DNA of 56,928 nucleotides, the filler included, from Jimgerdemannia flammicorona (taxonomy: Eukaryota), in NCBI GenBank assembly GCA_003990765.1. It is 2 parts of 2 records of this genome, joined end to end, with 100 filler letters (N's around TTAATTAATTAA, not from the genome) between each part and the next. Parts side by side here need not be neighbours in the genome. Positions count along the whole stretch, not along the records: positions 28,516 to 56,928 come from RBNJ01000563.1; 1 more part is not named here. The stretch is one strand, 5' to 3'. A program made the translations under genes and the position numbers. The notes below the pieces were generated by a model, which saw nothing but the letters and a program-made list of their open reading frames with translations, searched no databases and was not told where the DNA came from. This document shows positions 50,501-56,928 of the stretch, piece by piece (within the stretch, counting starts at the first letter, position 1; every line of letters starts with the position of its first letter).

Positions 50501-52657
50501 TATAATCCCCATTATTCTCAAGAAAGAAACTCATCAAGAGAGAGCATTTCAGCTGAGAAGATGTCCACAAAAATGGTCTTCCACTCTCCCTGAGACTACT
50601 GCTATCAGTGTCATCTGTTGGACCAACAGGAGAGACAGAGACCCCAGAGACCAGAACCCCCAAATACAGTTGCACAGTCAACTACCTTCCAAGAGGTCAC
50701 CACCAAGTTGCAAAGTAGATTCAGAGGAAAAGGTCTCTTCACCTGAACAGAAGTCTATCTCTTGTCTACTCTTCTCCCAACTTATGATCAAGATGGATAC
50801 TGATTCCTAAGACAATAAGAAATCAACAACCAGGAACATCATTTCAGAGCAATGGGATATTGTAACCATGGAAGACACCCAGACTGCTGAGACTGCAGAT
50901 ATCAGAAGATTCACCTCAGTCATGATGTTGCAATCCATACTTTGAAGAGAGGAGACAACAGAGGCCAGATCCAAAAAAGCCAGACCAAGAAGCCAGGAAG
51001 AAGGACCCTTAAGATCTATGATTTAGGAGAAGACATCCTAGCTCTTATCAGATATGTAACCTGCTAAGGATGGGTAGAAGATGCCACCAACTTTATGGAA
51101 GCCCTAGACCCTACAGGAAGAAGAGGAATCAACTATCTCTGAGATCCCTCTACTGGAGCCAGATGGCCACACCTCAACCTCAGAGCCTGGAGGCTCTCTA
51201 CTAGTGGAGCTTCAGCCCTAGGACAGCCCAAACTCAGCAAGAATATTGCCCAGTATGCTCTGCTACACCCCAAGGCCAAATCCCCAACCAAAGCTCACCC
51301 AGAAGATATAGGATATGATCTTCACAGTCTGGAGGATGAATCCATCAAGCCTGAAAAGACATTCATGATCAGAACTGGACTAGCCATGCAGCCACCCTAA
51401 GGAGCTTATATCCAATTGACCTCAAGGTCTGGACTTGCCAGACAAGGAATAACCATAGAAGGAGGAACCATTGATCCAGGATATACAGGTAAAATCAAGA
51501 TCATCCTACACAACAGCAGCACAGAATAGCACTAAATTATTAGAGGACAGAAGATTGCCCAAGCAGCCTTCATGAAGGTCAAGACACCACAATTACAAGA
51601 AGTCTCTGAACTGACCAAAGGAACAAGACAAGCCAAAGGATTTAGAAGTTCAGACAAAGAAGGAAGTACATCTCCTTCAAGTCAACTATCTCAAGAGGAA
51701 TGTCCTCCAGCAAGTATACTGCCAACCAGTCAAACTACACAAGAACCTCATCCTGGAGCCTGGAGAACAAACCACCTTCGAAATCTTTGCACCACCCGAC
51801 CCCAGAAATCTCTTCTTTGAACCCAACAAAGATATCTCATACCTAGACATAGAAGGATACACATTCTCAGACAAAATGAACCCAGTGCATTCCTGAGCAA
51901 CCAACCAAAGTTGGGAAACCATCATCTTGCCAAATGGAACCATCATAGGACATCTGGTGTCTTTTCTCAGCCAAACTAATAGAGAAGTTTATGAACTAAA
52001 CTTATTAAGAAACAGCAAAAGATCCCAGAAGAAGAGAAAGGCCCCTCTGTAACCCAGGAGACAGTGAAGCCTTCCACCAACATTGGAGAAGAATTGATAC
52101 TCCAACAACAGCAACAACTGGTAGAACTTCTCAACAAATATCAAGATATCTTCACTATTGATTATGGCAACCTGCCATATAATCCATTATATCACTACAG
52201 TATAAATATAGAAAATGCAACATCCATCAAGAGAACCTCACCTTGGCCAGATATTTACTGCAAGTCCACCAGCTACAGGCCTACTATGCAATTGAAGAAC
52301 AGTTGCAGAACCTCCCAACAGCAGATCTGACCTATATCAGAAACTCCACTGGCCTCACTCAGAAAAATACCACTGCTGCAGACAGATTGTACACAATCTA
52401 CAAATAAAATATCCCAGTCTTGACACAAGCACAATTCCTTCTGAATGACATTTAGAACATAAACCCTGCCACCTACTGAAGTATCATCAACCATGTTGAA
52501 ATTCTGTTTCCAGAGGAAGAAGAAGAACCTGTTGAGTGGAGTGACTCTGATCCAAATGAAGACACCTGTTCAGGTATTGATGCTGAAGATGCTTATGTAC
52601 ACTGGGATGATTACTAAAGAATTGTCTGAGGACAGACCATCCTTTAGTGGGGGCTGA

Positions 52658-54005
52658 TGTAATGAGTAACAGGATTGTACTGCCGAAATCAAAAATTAGC
52701 CACATACTATATTTAGTACACTAAGCAACCAAGACTGCTTTACTGCACCAACTTGTATATTTAGCCAGAGATACTAGAAACAGTATGTTTACCTATACCC
52801 TCAAGGTACACTATATTCTAAAGATATACTATACCCTCAAGGTACACTGTACTCTTAAGAAACACTTGTCATAATTAGCAATCTATAGTTAGTAATATAG
52901 TAACCCATAGCAACCACAACTTTATAAATTACCCCAGAGACAAGAGTGAATAAACCTCAGTCCAAATTAAATCCAAAGCAAAAGTCAAGTCTGCCTACCA
53001 TACTTCAAGAGGAACTTTACAGCTACTGCTAGGAGATTGTAAGCAAAGCATTCCTTTCTACTCCAGTCCACTTTCTGATACAAAGAAGTGTTTGTTAAGT
53101 TTTTGGTTTGCTTGCCAGATAAGCCTGAAGAATCCAAGTTTGCCACCCAAGTTCAAGAAAGAACTTCACCACTGTTTCTAAGTTATCTGTATTCCCAGAA
53201 AGTCTAAGAGAAAGCTACCTTGCTCAAGCCAGTTTCTGATGCAACTTTGCAGTGATCCATTGTGCAAACAAAGCCAGTCTTTGATGCAACTTTGCCAAGA
53301 GACCCTTTCTCAAAAGCCACCATTTTCAAGAAGTCTGCTAATTTAAGAAGAATCCATAACATCCAAGTTATCCAAGCCATCTGAGTTATTTCCCAGTTGA
53401 AGCTGCTGATTTAGGAAGAATCCATGCTACCTAAGTAGTATTCCCAGAGAGCCTGCCAATTTAGGAAGAATCTACAACATCTGAGTTACCTAAGTTACCA
53501 GAATTATACACATCATCCAAGTTATTTATTTGTTCCCAGTGAGTCCAATTCAGAAGAATCCACACCATCTGCTATTTCCAGAAGAGACTACTGCCAGTAT
53601 AATTCCCAGAGAGCCAATTTAGGAGAACTTACACTAAACCAAGTTATCTGCCAAATCTGCATAAGGAATATTACCAAGATCATTGTGCTATATAAGATCA
53701 TCACCCAGAAATCACATACTTTTGGAGATTGTCACACTATACATGAAATTCTATCAATTCCCAGTTGACCCAAGAAGGAAACCCATTCACAAATTGCTAC
53801 TACACCCAGAGAACCATCCCAATTAGGAAATCAATATACAAATTGCTTGCAGATATCCAGCTTTAACTATTATATCACTAAACATCAAGAACCTTAGAAA
53901 TCTTAGAACATTTTGTTGCTTTTTGATAAAGTAACTAGAGGCTCAAGCCAAACTACACCAACCCCCAACCTTGTAATTTGCCTCCATTGATCCAGAAACA
54001 TTACA
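52658..54005 (+). repeat. 3' LTR of Gypsy-3
   Basis: TGTAATGAG...CATTACA. Confidence 0.9.
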
Positions 54006-55207
54006 GTATACTATTCTTGGACATCAACCTTCAGTTACCAAGTAATATACCTCTAAAAGATGCCAAAAAGCTTAAACAGAAGATATTGCAGCCTCTAGCT
54101 GGTCCAGAGGGTTGTCTAAATGTTCAATTCATTTATATACCACCAACATATAATATGGATGAAGAGAGAAACATTAGACATAATGATGATGGACATCCTA
54201 TTATTCTGGCACCAGTATGAGAACCTTTCTACTCTCCATATATTATCTCTGTCTTTCAGTTGTTGTAGTTTAGAGAAAAGCCCTGATTTAAGAATATATC
54301 ATTAGATATTACAGTATCTCAGATTACATTTGTCTGTGGTCTGGTAAGTTTTTTTAAGTTCTAATGCAATCTGATTTAATTACAGATTAGATAATAACTT
54401 TTATTTAAATTATATTTATAGTTAGAGCATCTGTGCACTAATAGTCTGATAGAGAAGTTTGAAGATAAGATGGAATTGCCTAGATACTACAAGTGGATAA
54501 AGCAAATTCAGAATATAGTTGACAAGAAGAAACTAGATCTTGAGGCTCTACAGATGCAAGTGGTTGCAGGATCTGAAACAAGTTCAAGAATAGATATGGC
54601 TGATAAATATTCAGAATCTGACATCTCAGATATATTAGATGACTGGATTTGAATTCAAGTAAGATATCATTTTCATTCTATTTGATGTTAAGTTACTGAA
54701 TTGTAGATTTAATGTATAGTTTAATAATTTTATATTCCTCATTATGCTATCTGTTATCTCACTATCTACATATCATCTCACCATCTGTCATCTCACTGTC
54801 TGCCATCTATCATCTTGCTGACTATCCATCATCTTGCCATCCATCATCTAGTTGTCCATTATCTTGCTGTTTGTCATTTCATACTCCATCATCTTGCAAT
54901 ATCTTTGTCTTGTAGTTTATTATCATTTTTCAGTCCATTATCATCATTTTGCAGTCTATTATTATCTTGCAGTTGAATTATCTTACATCCTGCAGTCCTT
55001 ATCCTGTGGTCTATCATCTGTTGTATTCTTGATAACAATTATTTCATACAATTGTAATATCTGTAATTGTAAAATATATATATATGAAGTATCTGTATTT
55101 TATCTGAGTAGGATTATGCAAAAACTAAAACAGAAAAATTAGCATATCTGGGTGTAATTTTGAGAGTCTAGGATAGTTTAAAAATCATAGTAAAATATTT
55201 TTTACAC

Positions 55208-55332
55208 AGATCCAGATATATTTTCAGATGTATATTCAGATATATATCCAGATATATATCCAGATGTATATCCAGATGTATATCCAGATATATATCCAGA
55301 TATATATTCAGAAGCTATTCTTGGTTATCACA
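55208..55332. repeat. 12-bp tandem repeat ATATCCAGATAT, possibly subterminal repeats ending at ...TATCACA
   Basis: ~8 copies; a role as transposon terminus is inference. Confidence 0.7.
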
Positions 55333-55343
55333 CTTAGTCTCTC

Positions 55344-55640
55344 TTTTTTTTTATAGTCACTTGGACTCTCTTCCTTTATTAATACCCATCTATCCCATAT
55401 AATTACAATGATCCCCCCCCTATCCAATCCCCCTAGGGGGGCCCTCCCCCTACTCCTTCTCTGTAAAAGACTACTTTGTCGAACACTATCCCTACCACAG
55501 ACATCTTTTCATGACAAGCAATACGTTTTCAAGTTTTCCCATCATCTATTCTGATATACAAGGTGCGGCAGGAGTCTAGCTACAGCATACATCAAGTCTC
55601 GTCTATTTTGGTAGAGTTTTTGTCAGATGGTGACCTAGGG
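55344..55640 (-). mobile_element. Short 3' end of a non-LTR element (poly(A) tail on the minus strand)
   Basis: Reverse complement reads CCCCTAGGGGGATTGG...TTAATAAAGGAAGAGAGTCCAAGTGACTAT(A)n, matching 56826-56928; 5' limit approximate. Confidence 0.75.
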
Positions 55641-55659
55641 TTCATCAAGCTCTGAGCGT

Positions 55660-56928
55660 TTGGAGAGAAGGAGGCCTGGTCTGGGTCTCCCCAAGAGCTT
55701 TGCGGTGACAGTTGGAGCAGGTGTAGGGGCAGGAGGAGTAGGTGGTCAGGGGAGGCAGGCTGGCATTGCAAGTTGGCACACAGTGATGGGGGGCAGAAGG
55801 GTGGCTACTAGGCCCATGGGGGTAGGGCAGGGGGGGCGTAGTGTTGACAGGGGTAGGAGTCAGGTGACCAGCCAGGTGATGGGTCAGGTGACTGGTCAGG
55901 TGCCTGCTAGGGGCCAGGGGTCCGGAAGTGGTGTGGCTGGGACTGGTATTCCTGGGGCTGGGCTGGTGGCTGGGGTGACTGCTGGAGTATTGGAGAACAA
56001 GAAGAAGGCAACAATGGCAGCTGGATATGGTGAACTGGTGGTGCGTCCCTTCTTCTACAAATCAGTGTCAATGTGGGCCATATCGGCGAATTTTTTGGGG
56101 CTGGGGATGTCGGTGAGGGTGGTCTTGCAGCTAGTTGGAGAGGAGATTGCAGGGGCGGAGTCGCTGAAGTTCATCCCATCAGCTGAGGTGGTTGAGATAG
56201 GATTCATCGAGGAGGAGGAGATGGTGAAGGCCTTGGAGAAAGGGCTGGTTGTCAAGAGCATCAAGGTTGGCATAGCGAGGTGCCTGAGGTGGGACCCGCA
56301 GGCAGTGCGACTGGTGATTGAAGGGCTGCCGACACTGGGGAGACAGGAGACCAAAGGAATGGTGGCAGAGGCACTGGGGGCATTTGGCGAGATGGTCGAC
56401 TTCGGGTTCATGTTTTGGGAGGGGACCAAGTTGAGGAATGGCAACTGCAAGGTGATGGTGAGGCTGAAAGGCAAGGAGGCTATGGGGCAAGGGAGGGACT
56501 GGCCAGAAGTAGTTTGCATCAGAGGGCAGGAGTGCAAAGTGTGGAGAAGGAAGGGCTCAGAACAGGAGGAGGAGGAATTGCTAGTCACCCTAGAGGAGAG
56601 AGAGGCTGCGAAGGAATTGTGGAAGAGGAAATGAGAGGAGTTTGCCAAGGATTGGATCTGGATTCCGACTGATGGGAAGAGGAAGAGGTGGTGAAGGGCA
56701 AACTGGGAGCATCTGCAGACAGTCCTCCAGGGCTCAAAAAGGGAGGAGGAGGAAAAAGTGGAGATGGCCAAAAGTCAAATGGAAGAGGTGGAGACGGCTG
56801 AGGAGAGAGGGGGGAGAGAGAGGAGCCCCTAGGGGAATTGGGTAGGGGTGGGACACTGTGTATTATATAGAAGCTAGATAGGTGTATTGGTTAATAAAGG
56901 ATGGAGTCCAAGTGACTATTAAAAAAAA
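55660..56928 (+). mobile_element. Non-LTR element encoding only an ORF1-like protein and ending in a poly(A) tail
   Basis: 324-aa ORF with RRM-like LINE-ORF1 patterns (VEIGF..EEE...AL..GL; LVIEGLP...ALGAFGEMVD...RNGN); frame continues through two TGA codons to ~56832; AATAAA and A-run at the window end. Confidence 0.65.

Larger units (their letters stand above)
46141..54005 (+). mobile_element. Ty3/Gypsy family 2, copy B = Gypsy-3; non-autonomous (RT-RH-IN deleted, gag inversion)
   Basis: LTRs at 46141-47525 and 52658-54005; TSD GTAC (46137-46140) / GTAT (54006-54009); PBS TGGGGGCTCAACTGGGA at 47528; PPT AGTGGGGGCTGA; gag, PR, dUTPase 51243-51657; ORF3 remnant 52225-52617. Confidence 0.95.
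44700..54652 (+). pseudogene. Decayed, intron-containing second gene of the putative Plavaka element, split by Gypsy-3
   Basis: Reading frame continues across the Gypsy-3 TSD (KKYYISFLS/TLFLDINLQLP...PFYSPYIISVFQLL); GT..AG introns at ~54344-54421 and ~45106-45201; loose resemblance to DUF6532-type proteins is inference. Confidence 0.35.

Noticed and set aside
56055..56771. 238-aa minus-strand ORF
   Set aside because: Antisense shadow of the G-rich ORF1 frame

Overview
Eukaryotic, most likely fungal, repeat-dense window. The intron-rich TKL-type kinase and the TE repertoire suggest an early-diverging lineage such as Mucoromycota (inference only). The single clear host gene is a 5'-partial, 6-exon tandem pseudokinase-kinase gene (2-2792). 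The rest is nested, mostly decayed mobile DNA: two tyrosine-recombinase (DIRS-order, Ngaro-like) retroelements, one with a complete A-coding-B-A-B split-repeat structure; an IS630/Tc1/mariner-like transposon; three Ty3/Gypsy LTR elements from two families; LINE fragments, including an ORF1-only element; and a large Plavaka-type DNA transposon carrying several tandem arrays. An artificial 100-bp spacer (44N-TTAATTAATTAA-44N, 28416-28515) means the two halves may not be adjacent in the genome. The most interesting signal is the shared architecture of the two divergent Gypsy families: a dUTPase and Cys/His modules (including a Zn2Cys6-like cluster) between protease and RT, an integrase in a separate overlapping ORF, and a homologous accessory ORF of unknown function before the 3' LTR. 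The repeats show heavy C-to-T mutation at both CpG and CpA (RIP-like).
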